Shown here piece by piece: positions 34,185-44,813 of a stretch of DNA of 64,000 bases; within the stretch, counting starts at the first letter, position 1, and each line of letters starts with the position of its first letter. Source of the stretch: a virus (Duplodnaviria; Caudoviricetes); IMG/VR virus record IMGVR_UViG_3300044611_001018; one strand, 5' to 3'. The notes beneath the pieces were generated by a model, which ran no database searches, was not told the DNA's origin, and was given only the letters and a program-made list of their open reading frames with translations. The translations under genes were made by a program, and so were the position numbers.

Positions 34185-36980
34185 TTAAACTCTACCAGCG
34201 ACTTCTTCAAAACTGACTCCAGTTCTTGTCGCAACAAATGTTAGGGTGATATAGTTAATTGATTTAGCTGGCTTCAAGAATATATCAGCTCTAAATTCAT
34301 TGTTATCAATAATATCTGGAGTGTTGTTGGTTTCGTCGCAAATTACAAGGAAGTCATAGATTCCACGCTTAGCTTGGATATCACGTAAGTATGGTTCGAC
34401 GATATTTACAAAATTAGATCTCGTAATTTGATCATTAAATTCAAAGAGTTGAGCTTCTGCTGCTCTTTCGAGTGCTTGTTCAACAGTTAAGAATAATCTA
34501 CGAACGTTAATTCTATCAAATGCAGATGCATATGATAATGCAGTTTTATCTCCGAATAGAAGAATACCTGCACCATTTTGATTTACGATAGAATTAATTC
34601 TCGCTGAGTATAAAGCATCTCTTTGAGTTTTATTTGGATTGAATGCCAACTTGATAGCATTCTTCAGAACACCTCTTTGCTGACCAGCAGGTGAGAACCA
34701 TGGATAAGCAATTAAGTTTGTTCTTGCCATTAGACCAGCAACGTCTGGGTTGCAAGGAATATATCGGAATAAGTTATTAAATCTATCATAAGTGTACTTA
34801 TAACCACTATCAAAAATTGCATATGATGAAGATTGAAGTGGACCAAAGAATTCAATAATATTATTAGTTTGAACAATTGGGTTTGTTAGATCAACAACAG
34901 ATGCTCTGTGTGGAGATACTACCGCAATACAATCTTTTCTACCGTCAGCGATAGAAATTAGTTTATTTGCCTTTGCTTGGGAATCACTAAGAGAATCCAA
35001 TCCTGGTCCCATAAGCAGGTAGTCTACAGCAACATCTTCTTTATTATTGAATAACTCATATGATTCAATAATATCTCCTAGGGTAGATTTTAAATTACCT
35101 TGAGTTGTGTAATTTTTACCCTTGCCTAAGTCATAAACAACTCTACCAATGGAAGAGAATACTGAATCCTTAGAGTTTCTATCCCAAACTGTATTTGCTA
35201 ATGATGGAACACTAAACGTAGTTGCTGGATCTGATAAATTATAAATTGTTTGAGTTGCTGCTAAATTAAATATTGTTGATGTTGGGAATGTATTCCAAAC
35301 TATATCATTTTGAGTTGATTGGTTGGCACCAGCGTACAGATAGTTTGAATAATTTGCAAGATAATTCTTGTACCACATTTTTTGTGGAGAATTAACTTCA
35401 GATACAGTGTCCTTTGCTTTGGACATAAAGAGATGCTTCTCAAGAATATTTCCCTTTACGCCAGTTAATGTACCATCGTCATCAACAACTATAACGTGCA
35501 TCTCATCATTTTCTCCACCTCTTTCAGAAACATAATTTGATGTTCCTGGTTTTGGTGCAACTGTTCTCCAATAAATGGTTGAATTACTTAATCCTAAAGT
35601 TTGAGAATCATACCAGTCATCAACGCCTGCAATCACAACTCTCGAATTGCTATTTGTTACTGTAAGAACAACTTTATCATCCCTTAAAGATGTGATGGTT
35701 AAAGTTGCATTATCTCCAGGAGTTACACCACCAATTGATGCTCCAGGAATAGTAACAACTGTATTTGAACCATATCCTAGTCCAGGATTGACCATTGTAA
35801 CAGTTCCAATTCCACCAGAACTATTTCTATAAACATTAAACGACACACCAGTTCCAACTGTGCTTACTCCAGCAACAGCAAGATATACTCCATTAGATGC
35901 TGCTACAACTACAGGAGCAGTTGTAAGTCCAATATTGTTAATAACACCTTGGGATAAATTGTAACCACCGACTGCAGTTCCAGCAATAGATACTGTGTCA
36001 CCTACAGTGTAACCTAATCCTGCATTTACAATACTTGCACTCAAAACATTACCATCAGTATTATTTCTAGTGATGGTGAATGTTGCTCCAGACCCAGTTC
36101 CCGCAGTTGTTCCACCAACTCCAGTATATGATTGTCCTTGTTGACCATTTATTGCGGTAGATGATGTAACTCCTACTGCAGAAATAGAATCTGTTGGTGA
36201 GGCAACTTCTCCATTATTATCAATAACGGTAATCCTTTGATCTTTTAAGAAAGATGCAAAAGCACTATTTTGGGTATAATATGTTCTAAAATGTCTTCCA
36301 GGCTCAGTTCCACCAGTAGAAACTCTAGAATGAATTTTTACGACTACAGCACTAACACCAGTTTCTGGAGAATCAATTGCTTGAGTAATAACTCCTTTTA
36401 AATATCCTTGGAAGACAGCAGTCGTTCCAGTTCCAGGAATAACTTGACCACTAATATCTACTGTTACTGCATATCCAACTTGAACACCAATGCTGCTTAA
36501 AGCAGTTGTTGCAATACCAAGAATTTGATCTCCTAAATCATCAATGTAGCAAACCTTTAACCCATTTGCCCATGTTCCTGGGTTTTTTGCAGCGTAGTAA
36601 AAACTTGCTGCAGTATTTGTGAAGTTTGCATTAAAATCATCAAAGTTTTTGATTTTAACACCAGTTACGCTAGTTGTACCAACACCAACGTTAGCGTTTG
36701 AAAGGTTAGCACCATCAGTTCTAACGACCTTTAGAACACCGCCATATGAGAGGTAAGATGAACCACTCATCCAATATTCATACTGGTTATCTGCTGTTTG
36801 TGGCTTACCAAAGTTGTTGATTAGTTCCTGTTCCGTAGCAACAGTAATTGGTTCGTTTACAGGACCAATTTCAAAAGGTCCTGCAATACCTCCAATATTA
36901 TCTAATACGTTGTCAGCTCTTCCTACGGTTAAATCAACCTCTCTAGTCAGTACACCAGGAGATAATTGAGGAGTCGCCAT
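34185..36980 (-). CDS. gp18: Tail sheath protein, enlarged (931 aa)
   Basis: LSPGVLTREVDLT, FSPAGQQRG, FDRINVRRLF, KPAKSINYITLTFVATRTG; CTAAATA at 37018-37024. Confidence 0.97.
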   Translation of the reverse strand: MATPQLSPGVLTREVDLTVGRADNVLDNIGGIAGPFEIGPVNEPITVATEQELINNFGKPQTADNQYEYWMSGSSYLSYGGVLKVVRTDGANLSNANVGVGTTSVTGVKIKNFDDFNANFTNTAASFYYAAKNPGTWANGLKVCYIDDLGDQILGIATTALSSIGVQVGYAVTVDISGQVIPGTGTTAVFQGYLKGVITQAIDSPETGVSAVVVKIHSRVSTGGTEPGRHFRTYYTQNSAFASFLKDQRITVIDNNGEVASPTDSISAVGVTSSTAINGQQGQSYTGVGGTTAGTGSGATFTITRNNTDGNVLSASIVNAGLGYTVGDTVSIAGTAVGGYNLSQGVINNIGLTTAPVVVAASNGVYLAVAGVSTVGTGVSFNVYRNSSGGIGTVTMVNPGLGYGSNTVVTIPGASIGGVTPGDNATLTITSLRDDKVVLTVTNSNSRVVIAGVDDWYDSQTLGLSNSTIYWRTVAPKPGTSNYVSERGGENDEMHVIVVDDDGTLTGVKGNILEKHLFMSKAKDTVSEVNSPQKMWYKNYLANYSNYLYAGANQSTQNDIVWNTFPTSTIFNLAATQTIYNLSDPATTFSVPSLANTVWDRNSKDSVFSSIGRVVYDLGKGKNYTTQGNLKSTLGDIIESYELFNNKEDVAVDYLLMGPGLDSLSDSQAKANKLISIADGRKDCIAVVSPHRASVVDLTNPIVQTNNIIEFFGPLQSSSYAIFDSGYKYTYDRFNNLFRYIPCNPDVAGLMARTNLIAYPWFSPAGQQRGVLKNAIKLAFNPNKTQRDALYSARINSIVNQNGAGILLFGDKTALSYASAFDRINVRRLFLTVEQALERAAEAQLFEFNDQITRSNFVNIVEPYLRDIQAKRGIYDFLVICDETNNTPDIIDNNEFRADIFLKPAKSINYITLTFVATRTGVSFEEVAGRV

Positions 36981-37067
36981 GGATAATTCTCCGTAAAATT
37001 CTCAGTTTATCTGAAAATATTTAGGAAAATGGGTAATTACATGGGGGAAATTGTGGGTGAACATTAA

Positions 37068-37298
37068 TTACCAGTCAGGATATTCCCATTCAGCAACTTT
37101 GACTAGTTTTTTTCTAGAATTTACAATTCTTTTTACCGTGCAATCTTTACATTCATAGGAATATGATGATGCAACTGTTCCCCTTTTTTTACGAGTTCTG
37201 TAAAATCCATCAATTAAATTTTTATTTTCTCCACATACTCTGCATTTTCTATCTACAAGCAATAAGTGACTTAGTTTTATCTGCTTGTCTAACTCCAT
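37068..37298 (-). CDS. Small Zn-finger-like protein (CRVC...ECKDC)
   Basis: Two CxxC pairs; ATG 37298 overlaps the gp17 stop. Confidence 0.75.
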   Translation of the reverse strand: MELDKQIKLSHLLLVDRKCRVCGENKNLIDGFYRTRKKRGTVASSYSYECKDCTVKRIVNSRKKLVKVAEWEYPDW

Positions 37299-38944
37299 TA
37301 TTTGTACTCCCACATGTAAGACATATCCCCATATTCATCAGTAAACCATCTATCACCATCACCATCAACAAAACTATTTGAATCTAAACCATCAACAATA
37401 AATCCAAATGGTGCCATATCTTGTTCTATTTGATTTTTTTGCTCTTCATACAATCTTTTCCTAACATCTTGATCTGTAAGTTCTTTAAAATAATCCTGAA
37501 CAACTAACCAAGCATATATTACTAGGCACATTGCTAAATCATCATTACACCCATCTTCCGCTTCAAAGGAATTTGATTTTTGAATGAATGTAGTTAATTC
37601 ACTAATAATATCGTAATCTTTAAATAAAAGTTTACTTTCTTCAACTAAAGTTTTAAGGTTAAGACATCCAACTTTTTTAACAGTTTTTGACATCTTGACA
37701 CCAAGTTGGGTCTTTTTGCCAGAAAAACCTTGCCCAACAATTTGACCTGCTCTACCCCTCATTGAACACATAAGCAGGTTGTTGTACTCTAAATCATATT
37801 GTAAAATACTAGCAACTTGATCTCCAACATCATTTACTTCACATAATATGTAAGCATCATTGTAATTTTTAGCCACCTCATGAATAATACTGGGAAATAT
37901 CATTGGTTTTATTTCATTATCTCTATACTTTGCTACTAAAGTATGTGGGAATTGTGTTATATCAATAACAGTAAACGCTGAATAATCACTACCAACTCCT
38001 CTAGCAACGTCAACGGTTATGACATAATTGTGCTCTTCCTTAGAATCTTCAAAAACATCAAGTCCCTGGTTACTAATTGCTGGAGATTCGTAAACCAAAT
38101 TTCTTAGTTTACTTGGACTAATCAATGTATCAACAGATCCTAAGAATTCACATTCAAACTCAACCCTGAATTGCTGCTCTGATGTATTTGCAATAGTTTG
38201 CTTCTTCCATACTTCATCTCTCCCAGGAACATCACTCCAATGAACCTCAGTCGGAATATATTCATTTTTACCCCTTTCTGCATCATGCCAAAGTTTATAA
38301 AAATGATTCATACCATGTGGGGTAGAAACAATTATAACCTTTGTATTTTTACCAGACGAAATTGTAGGATAAACTGAGCTAAAAAACTGATCAGCAATAT
38401 GATTTGCAACGAACGCAAATTCGTCAAGGAAAATAATATTATAAGATCCACCTCGAACTGCAGATGCGGATGTTGATGCTGCAATAATTTTAGATCCGTT
38501 TTCTAGTTCAAGAGATGCCTTGTTCCATGTCAAAACACCTTGTTGTAACCAACGAGGTAAATTTTCATATGCAGTCTGTAGTCTATCTAGCAAGTCTTTT
38601 GCAGTAGATGCTTTGTTAGCAAGAATTGCAATATTTACATTATCATTAAAAATAGCATAATGTAGAAGATAAGAAACAACAATTGTTGATTTACCAGACT
38701 GTCTAGGAAGTTTACAAATATTGAATCGATTATTGTGAAATCGGTCCAACATTGTTTCTTGGAATGGATATGGATTAAATGTTTGTAATCCATGGTCCAA
38801 AGTAACAATATTAATATAATTTCTTGCAAAATAAACTGGGTCATCAATACACTTAGCAAATTCAATAACCTGCTCTTCAGTAAATCCCTGAGAAGTATTT
38901 GCTTTTTTTAATAGTGGATTGCCAAGATAATGATCAACTGCCAT
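37298..38944 (-). CDS. gp17: Terminase large subunit
   Basis: PRQSGKST, IFLDEFAF, VSTPHG, FRVEFEC, DDLAMCL. Confidence 0.98.
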   Translation of the reverse strand: MAVDHYLGNPLLKKANTSQGFTEEQVIEFAKCIDDPVYFARNYINIVTLDHGLQTFNPYPFQETMLDRFHNNRFNICKLPRQSGKSTIVVSYLLHYAIFNDNVNIAILANKASTAKDLLDRLQTAYENLPRWLQQGVLTWNKASLELENGSKIIAASTSASAVRGGSYNIIFLDEFAFVANHIADQFFSSVYPTISSGKNTKVIIVSTPHGMNHFYKLWHDAERGKNEYIPTEVHWSDVPGRDEVWKKQTIANTSEQQFRVEFECEFLGSVDTLISPSKLRNLVYESPAISNQGLDVFEDSKEEHNYVITVDVARGVGSDYSAFTVIDITQFPHTLVAKYRDNEIKPMIFPSIIHEVAKNYNDAYILCEVNDVGDQVASILQYDLEYNNLLMCSMRGRAGQIVGQGFSGKKTQLGVKMSKTVKKVGCLNLKTLVEESKLLFKDYDIISELTTFIQKSNSFEAEDGCNDDLAMCLVIYAWLVVQDYFKELTDQDVRKRLYEEQKNQIEQDMAPFGFIVDGLDSNSFVDGDGDRWFTDEYGDMSYMWEYK

Positions 38945-38964
38945 AATATAAACCTTTTAATTTT

Positions 38965-40854
38965 TTAGTTACAATTCCAACGACGAAGTGCTTTGTTGAT
39001 TCTAGAATCTGGATCTCTAGAAGTTTCTGCAGAAGTCAATTTTGACTTCATGCCTTTCATGCGACTACAAAAATTTGAACGACGTTTTGCTCTTTTTCCT
39101 TCTGGATTTTTTTCAGTTACTGCAGTTTGTAACTTTGAACCTGGATTTTCACGACGATATGCATTTACTGCTTTTTTGCTCAATCCATCGGTTTTATCTT
39201 GACGATTAACTTTTTGCCAATCTTCATCAACCTCGAATTCTTCGCCCATTGGCTTTACATAATTTTTATTTGGTCCTGGTTTACCAAGATTTCCTCCATG
39301 ATAACCAACTCTAACGATTGGAGCATCAATTGCAGAATAGTTGCTTGCAATATCAGTAATACCAAAGGTAATTACTTTTCCACCAGGATAAATCTTTTCA
39401 ACTTCCCTTTGAACATCTTTTTTAGATGGCATTTTTGCCTGAGGGAAGAACATTGTAAGTTGTTGTGTTCTTCCTCTCCACATTACAATTGCTGCAATTA
39501 AATTACCAAATTCTGCAGGAAGTCTTACTGCTTCTCCAATTTCATGCTCTTCCTTATTCATTAATTGTCGAGCAAGATCATTTGCTCTTCTTTGTTGTCC
39601 ACGATAAAGTTTTTGTCTTGCATCAGAACTTGCTCTGGCAGTATCACGATCCGCAACTGTTTTAATTTTGCTACGAATTGTATTTGCTTGTCTGCGCTTT
39701 TTGGGATCTGGTGAATTACTTAAAACTTTTGCTCTTCTTTCTGCTTTCTCTTCACCAGTCTTTCCTGAATATCTAAATTCACCTGCTTGACGAGTCACAG
39801 GAATTTTTGCTTCGTCAATTTCATATTCTTCATTTTTACCTGCCATATAATTTGCTGCAGAATCCATGTAGTCTGTAGCAAGAGTAATTTTTGATTGTAC
39901 CCAAGCAGGCACTTGCATTTTTGGATTTTTAATCTCTTCCCTCAAACGCTTACAATGCATTTCAATTTGTTCTAATTGATTTAGAATCATTGAACCTTCA
40001 TCATCCAGTTCTTTACCCATAGCAATATCGACATGGTTTTCAACATTCAATGTTTTTGGATAACCTTTTTGTCCTGGTTTTTTGCGAGGTAGTCCTTTTT
40101 CTCTACGATCATGAATGTTATCCCACAATCCTTTTTTCTCATCTATTACATCTTGTGGTGTAATTAGATCAATAAATTCTACAAATTTATTGCCAAACAT
40201 ATCTTCTATTGTCACACTTTCTGAAGTTGTAGATTTTGATTCAACTTTTTTTAATTTTGTATAATAATCTGGAACTTCATCTAAATGCTGAAGTGCAGTA
40301 ATCCTTGCTGCAGTTTTATTTGAAGTATGTTCTCCTTCTACCTTAATACCCATCTCAAGTTGCTTTTTAATTTCTTCAACTGATACATTATGCTTTGCAG
40401 CAATTTCTTTTGGAGATTTATATTTTTTAACTGGTCCTTTAGGATCTCTTTCTTCCTTTACTGTACAATCATCATTCCCATGAATTGGACAATTTTTTCC
40501 TTTTTTAGAATGATTGCATTCTTTCTCTTCTGCGACTGGTTTACCAATTCCTACTTCAGTTCTTTTAGTTCCAGTTGGTTGTCCATCAATCTTAAATCCT
40601 GATGGAATTTTTTTACATTGTTTATCTGTATTGCACCAATAGTGACCCTTACCACACATCTCTTCACCAAGAACTAACTCTGCTAAAGATGGTTGATATT
40701 CATTTTTTAATGGTAAAGACACCGCTGCTGAAGGTCTTAATTTTTTTGCAGCAACCTTTGCTTCATTTTCATTAGGAGATTTTGTCATACTCCTAATTTT
40801 TTCTTGTTTTTGTGCATCTTTATGGGTTGCTTTATTAATATTAAAACTCGTCAT
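38965..40854 (-). CDS. Modular Lys/Glu-rich virion (probably head-internal) protein, about 630 aa
   Basis: ATG 40854 (track start 40866 is TTG); ATAAATA at 40877-40883; string of short modules incl. GIKVEGEHT...QHLDEVPDYYTKL and RSNFCSRMKG...ALRRWNC. Confidence 0.8.
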   Translation of the reverse strand: MTSFNINKATHKDAQKQEKIRSMTKSPNENEAKVAAKKLRPSAAVSLPLKNEYQPSLAELVLGEEMCGKGHYWCNTDKQCKKIPSGFKIDGQPTGTKRTEVGIGKPVAEEKECNHSKKGKNCPIHGNDDCTVKEERDPKGPVKKYKSPKEIAAKHNVSVEEIKKQLEMGIKVEGEHTSNKTAARITALQHLDEVPDYYTKLKKVESKSTTSESVTIEDMFGNKFVEFIDLITPQDVIDEKKGLWDNIHDRREKGLPRKKPGQKGYPKTLNVENHVDIAMGKELDDEGSMILNQLEQIEMHCKRLREEIKNPKMQVPAWVQSKITLATDYMDSAANYMAGKNEEYEIDEAKIPVTRQAGEFRYSGKTGEEKAERRAKVLSNSPDPKKRRQANTIRSKIKTVADRDTARASSDARQKLYRGQQRRANDLARQLMNKEEHEIGEAVRLPAEFGNLIAAIVMWRGRTQQLTMFFPQAKMPSKKDVQREVEKIYPGGKVITFGITDIASNYSAIDAPIVRVGYHGGNLGKPGPNKNYVKPMGEEFEVDEDWQKVNRQDKTDGLSKKAVNAYRRENPGSKLQTAVTEKNPEGKRAKRRSNFCSRMKGMKSKLTSAETSRDPDSRINKALRRWNCN

Positions 40855-40875
40855 CTTTTTGGACAAACCTTTTTT

Positions 40876-41307
40876 CTATTTATCTGGAAGATCATTTCCC
40901 TTTTGTTTCTTTAGAAATTTAGATAACTCATCAGTAGAACCAAAAAATACTGAATTATTGGTAACATTAGTTGTGCTCCCTCTTTTAGAATTATTATCAT
41001 CAAGATCTTTTAATTTCTTTTGAAGGTCTAATAACTTATCAGTTGCATCTGCAACATTTTTAATTAACTGTCCAACAACTTCATATGCTCTAGGTTGACC
41101 ACCATCAATAGCTAATTCTAAAGCACTGTTTAGTGCTTCTTGTCCCTTCTCTATAATTGAATACAAATTACCTCTAGTATATTCATAATCTTTAGTTACA
41201 TCAAAGTCATCACTTTTAATATCTTTAGATACCTCGGCAGTTTCTTTTTTTACTATTGATGATTCAACATCAAAAGCACTACTTAAATTTTCAAATTTAT
41301 CTTTCAT
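40876..41307 (-). CDS. gp16: Terminase small subunit
   Basis: KDYEYTRGNLYSIIEKGQEAL, PRAYEVVGQLIK, VFFGSTDELSKFLK; start 41307 or 41319. Confidence 0.93.
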   Translation of the reverse strand: MKDKFENLSSAFDVESSIVKKETAEVSKDIKSDDFDVTKDYEYTRGNLYSIIEKGQEALNSALELAIDGGQPRAYEVVGQLIKNVADATDKLLDLQKKLKDLDDNNSKRGSTTNVTNNSVFFGSTDELSKFLKKQKGNDLPDK

Positions 41308-41311
41308 AACA

Positions 41312-42301
41312 TTATCCATTAAATCCAAAATCGTCTCCAGCAATAATTAAACTATTATCTGCTGAAGAAATTAAATAAACACCACTTCCACCAACGTGCT
41401 CAACATTATCTGTTTTATAAGCACCTCTAGTTACAGTTAGAGTATTGCCATTTTTTGATCTTACATAAATTGTTTCATCATCAATTGTAATGTAAGATTG
41501 CTCTGGAATATTTGATGCATTAGTTACTTCAAGTGTCGATAATGTATCTGTAATGTCAATTGCTAAATTTGTTACCAAGTTACCTGCATAACTCTTTGTA
41601 GCAACTGGTTCTTTGTAGATTAATCCTCTTGATGCTGCAGTGCTGTATTCTCCACCAGCAATACCAATAGAAACCTTTTTGATAATATCTTTTGAAGAAT
41701 CTGGAACTGGTCCAAACAAATATGTTTTAGCAACAAATTTTAAGGTATAAAGTAAAACTCTTCTTGAATTGTAATCACCATCATAGTTATCTTGGAATGA
41801 TACATTTTCTAAAGATATTGGAATATCTCTTTTTTCACCTATAGATTCTACAAGATCAATTGTAAGAGTAAAATTTGGTTGAAAATATGGAAGTATTTGT
41901 TCAATAATTTGAAGAGCATCATCATTCAAAAGAGTCATTATGGATAACTCAAATTCCATATTGTATGGAACTGGGAAATACATTCTACGTATTTCTTTAC
42001 CGTCATTCTTTAAACTAGTAGTAAAAGCTTGTGTTGCTGCCAACTTTCTGGTATTGTCATAAGAAATGCCAGTAAACTCAAATGACATTCTTGGCAAACT
42101 AATTTGAACAGGTTTATTCAAATCTGGTTCTTGTTCAATTCTAGCCAGAAATTTTTGTGTTGGACCATAAGCTAAAGGAACTTGTATTATTTCAGAAGGA
42201 TCATTACCAGAACCATCTCTTTTTATTGTAATACCATTAAAAAGTGTTCCGAATGCAATAACAGTTTTTCTAAAGACTTGGTGATAAAAATGATCAAACA
42301 T
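41312..42301 (-). CDS. gp15: Tail sheath stabilizer / completion protein
   Basis: FYHQVFRKTVIAFGTLFN, VPLAYGPTQKFLAR, LPRMSFE, EQILPYFQP; C-terminal extension. Confidence 0.95.
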   Translation of the reverse strand: MFDHFYHQVFRKTVIAFGTLFNGITIKRDGSGNDPSEIIQVPLAYGPTQKFLARIEQEPDLNKPVQISLPRMSFEFTGISYDNTRKLAATQAFTTSLKNDGKEIRRMYFPVPYNMEFELSIMTLLNDDALQIIEQILPYFQPNFTLTIDLVESIGEKRDIPISLENVSFQDNYDGDYNSRRVLLYTLKFVAKTYLFGPVPDSSKDIIKKVSIGIAGGEYSTAASRGLIYKEPVATKSYAGNLVTNLAIDITDTLSTLEVTNASNIPEQSYITIDDETIYVRSKNGNTLTVTRGAYKTDNVEHVGGSGVYLISSADNSLIIAGDDFGFNG

Positions 42302-42317
42302 TGTTTATATCTCTCCT

Positions 42318-43718
42318 TTATGGAATCCCAAATGGATTTGTTTCACTAAAATCTATAATTTGATCTGCTTCGATTTCAATATCTTGATTTTGAGCAAATT
42401 TATTTTCAGGGATATTATTCTTATTTAGAATTGTAACTGCATATGCTGCTCCACTAACTTGTCCAATTATTGCTTCACCTTCAATAAAATCACCTAAAAT
42501 ATTACCAAGTTTTAGTATTTTATTGACGCCATCCCAAGATTTGACTTTTGCTCTAGAACTACTTGCAGCACCGATTACATTTTCATTGTATAAGTACGTT
42601 CCATACCCAACTGTTTGTTGTGGACCTGCAATAATAATTGTTGGAATCCCTTCATAAAAACCACCAGCATCTTCAAGAATAATTCCAGTTACAGTTCCTG
42701 CAGTTGACACAATTGCTTTACCGACAGCATTAATTGTAGTACTTCCAATACCAGGTTTTACAAATGTGACTGTAGGAATACCAATATATCCACTACCACC
42801 ACTAGTTATTGTAATAATTCCAACTGCTCCATCAGATATTGATGCAGTAGCGTATGCGCCCTTACCACCTCCACCAACAAAAGTAACTCTTGGTGGAGTT
42901 GTATAACCATATCCTGAATTAATAATGTTGACTGCTTGAACTCTTGAAGTGTCTGGACTTGTATCACAAAAATCAACAATTCCTTTAATCATTGAGGCAA
43001 TGCCAACAGCAGTTAATCCACCAGAAGGTGCAGAAGTAATTGCAACCCTAGGAATAGAACTATATCCAGATCCTCTTCTAGATACAGCAATTCTCCTTAC
43101 GGAACCATTTCGTAGACTTGTGATCGCAGTAGCGGTCGAACCCAAACCAACCATGTTGAAAGTTTGAATATAACCTTCATCACTAATATTATCATCAATC
43201 TCAAGAATTCCAGTATCAATTTCTTCATCATTATATGCATATAGTTCACATCTCAATTCATAAACATAATTTTTTTGCAGCTGATAAAATGGTTTTTCAT
43301 GCTCAACATACTTAATTTCAAATAAACGATCACCTAAAGGAAAATATATCAAATCTCCTTCTTTAGGTCTACTTGTTAATTTTGATTTATTTCTTATTTC
43401 TATAAATGGTCTAACAGCAATCTCGTAACGTTCTTGTGATATTATTAAATTTAAATCATCAACTTCTTGAACTCCAAATTTGGATAGTAAAGTTCCAGCA
43501 CCACTATATCCATCATAAGTATCTACATACGCTTCTATAGGAATAGCATCTCTAAATTCTGATCTAGATACTTCTTCCATAATAGTTTTTTCATTTACAA
43601 AGATTCTGGGGATGTAATATATTTCAACCCCAAACATTTTTAAATGTTCATTTACTAAATCTTGGATTAAATTCTGTTCTCCAGAAGAACCATGTAAAAA
43701 AAATGGATTTAATGCCAT
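42318..43718 (-). CDS. gp14: Neck protein with inserted Gly-rich beta repeats
   Basis: EQNLIQDLVNE, RPKEGDLIYFP, VEHEKPFYQL; repeated GSGY/GYGY..P.V motifs. Confidence 0.93.
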   Translation of the reverse strand: MALNPFFLHGSSGEQNLIQDLVNEHLKMFGVEIYYIPRIFVNEKTIMEEVSRSEFRDAIPIEAYVDTYDGYSGAGTLLSKFGVQEVDDLNLIISQERYEIAVRPFIEIRNKSKLTSRPKEGDLIYFPLGDRLFEIKYVEHEKPFYQLQKNYVYELRCELYAYNDEEIDTGILEIDDNISDEGYIQTFNMVGLGSTATAITSLRNGSVRRIAVSRRGSGYSSIPRVAITSAPSGGLTAVGIASMIKGIVDFCDTSPDTSRVQAVNIINSGYGYTTPPRVTFVGGGGKGAYATASISDGAVGIITITSGGSGYIGIPTVTFVKPGIGSTTINAVGKAIVSTAGTVTGIILEDAGGFYEGIPTIIIAGPQQTVGYGTYLYNENVIGAASSSRAKVKSWDGVNKILKLGNILGDFIEGEAIIGQVSGAAYAVTILNKNNIPENKFAQNQDIEIEADQIIDFSETNPFGIP

Positions 43719-43722
43719 ATGA

Positions 43723-44562
43723 TTAACCTATCATATCTAATGGTGGTAATTCATAAGTTGATGACATCTTCGACATAATTTCACTCAATTCCTTTTCACC
43801 ATCATCATAAATCTGTCTTCCATTTAATTCCACGCCACCTGGTAATTTAACTCCTTGGAATTTTATGAGGTTTTGTCCCCATTGCTTTTTAATTAATGCT
43901 GTTAAGTATGGTTTTAAAAAGGAATCATTCCAAATTCTTGGAGATTCGGTAGGGTCTAAGATTCTATAACAATCTATAATTAGATACTGTCCTGGAGTAA
44001 TAGCAGACCAGTCTACATCAAGATATAACCTATCTTGTCTTTGATTAAATCTAATTTGTTTTTGCGTTGTCAATAAGAAATCAATATCTTCCAAATATCT
44101 TTTAACCATTGAATATGTCAATAATTCAACTGACCCCCAATAGTAAATATCATTCAAAAATAATTGATATTTAATACTAAACATTCCGCTTGATAATGAA
44201 TTAGAACCCTCAAAACTAAGAACCTTATTAACACCAATTACATGAGGTGGTATTTGAATATAGTTACTTGTTTCAAAGTAATTAAAAGTTTTTGCAACAC
44301 CAACAATATTAGTTGTTGTTGAAGTTACTGCTATTCCAGGACCACCAAATTTAGCTCGTCCCCTATCAATATCTTCTTGAGTTACTTGATACTTTAGATA
44401 AGTTTGGGTTACTCCATCAAAATGACGCTCATAAAAAAATTGCAAGGCATCATCAACTAAGTCTTCAATCTGCTCATCAGCAACATTTATTTCAAGGACT
44501 GGATATCCAAGTTTTCTCTTGCAGTAATCTATAAGTTCTTGTCTAGATGTTGGTTGAGCCAT
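43723..44562 (-). CDS. gp13: Neck protein
   Basis: LIDYCKRKLGYPVLEINV, KKQWGQNLIKFQGVKLPGGVELNG. Confidence 0.96.
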   Translation of the reverse strand: MAQPTSRQELIDYCKRKLGYPVLEINVADEQIEDLVDDALQFFYERHFDGVTQTYLKYQVTQEDIDRGRAKFGGPGIAVTSTTTNIVGVAKTFNYFETSNYIQIPPHVIGVNKVLSFEGSNSLSSGMFSIKYQLFLNDIYYWGSVELLTYSMVKRYLEDIDFLLTTQKQIRFNQRQDRLYLDVDWSAITPGQYLIIDCYRILDPTESPRIWNDSFLKPYLTALIKKQWGQNLIKFQGVKLPGGVELNGRQIYDDGEKELSEIMSKMSSTYELPPLDMIG

Positions 44563-44584
44563 GTTTTAGTACCTTTATTGATTA

Positions 44585-44812
44585 TTATTTTAATAATGAT
44601 TTCAATAAATCTTTAATTTCATTAATGTCATTTTTTAAAGAGGACAAATCAGACTCAATTTGATCCATCCTCATTTTTTCCAAAGACTTTGTTTTTTTCA
44701 AAGATTTATAATGGTCATATCCTTTTTTATCAGTATTAATAATTGCATTGCTACGAATATCTCTTACGAGATTGCTGTGATTTTCTACCTTTACGTGATA
44801 GTTGTCGTTCAT
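44585..44812 (-). CDS. Small hypothetical coiled-coil protein, 75 aa
   Basis: VENHSNLVRDIRSNAIINTD...LKNDINEIKDLL; ATG at 44812. Confidence 0.8.
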   Translation of the reverse strand: MNDNYHVKVENHSNLVRDIRSNAIINTDKKGYDHYKSLKKTKSLEKMRMDQIESDLSSLKNDINEIKDLLKSLLK

Positions 44813-44813
44813 G

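Noticed and set aside
1278-38944. Introns, inteins or homing endonucleases in gp43, gp46, uvsW, gp20, gp23 or gp17
   Set aside because: All are continuous ORFs of ordinary length with no LAGLIDADG, HNH or intein motif seen; the CxxC protein at 37068 lacks an HNH catalytic domain
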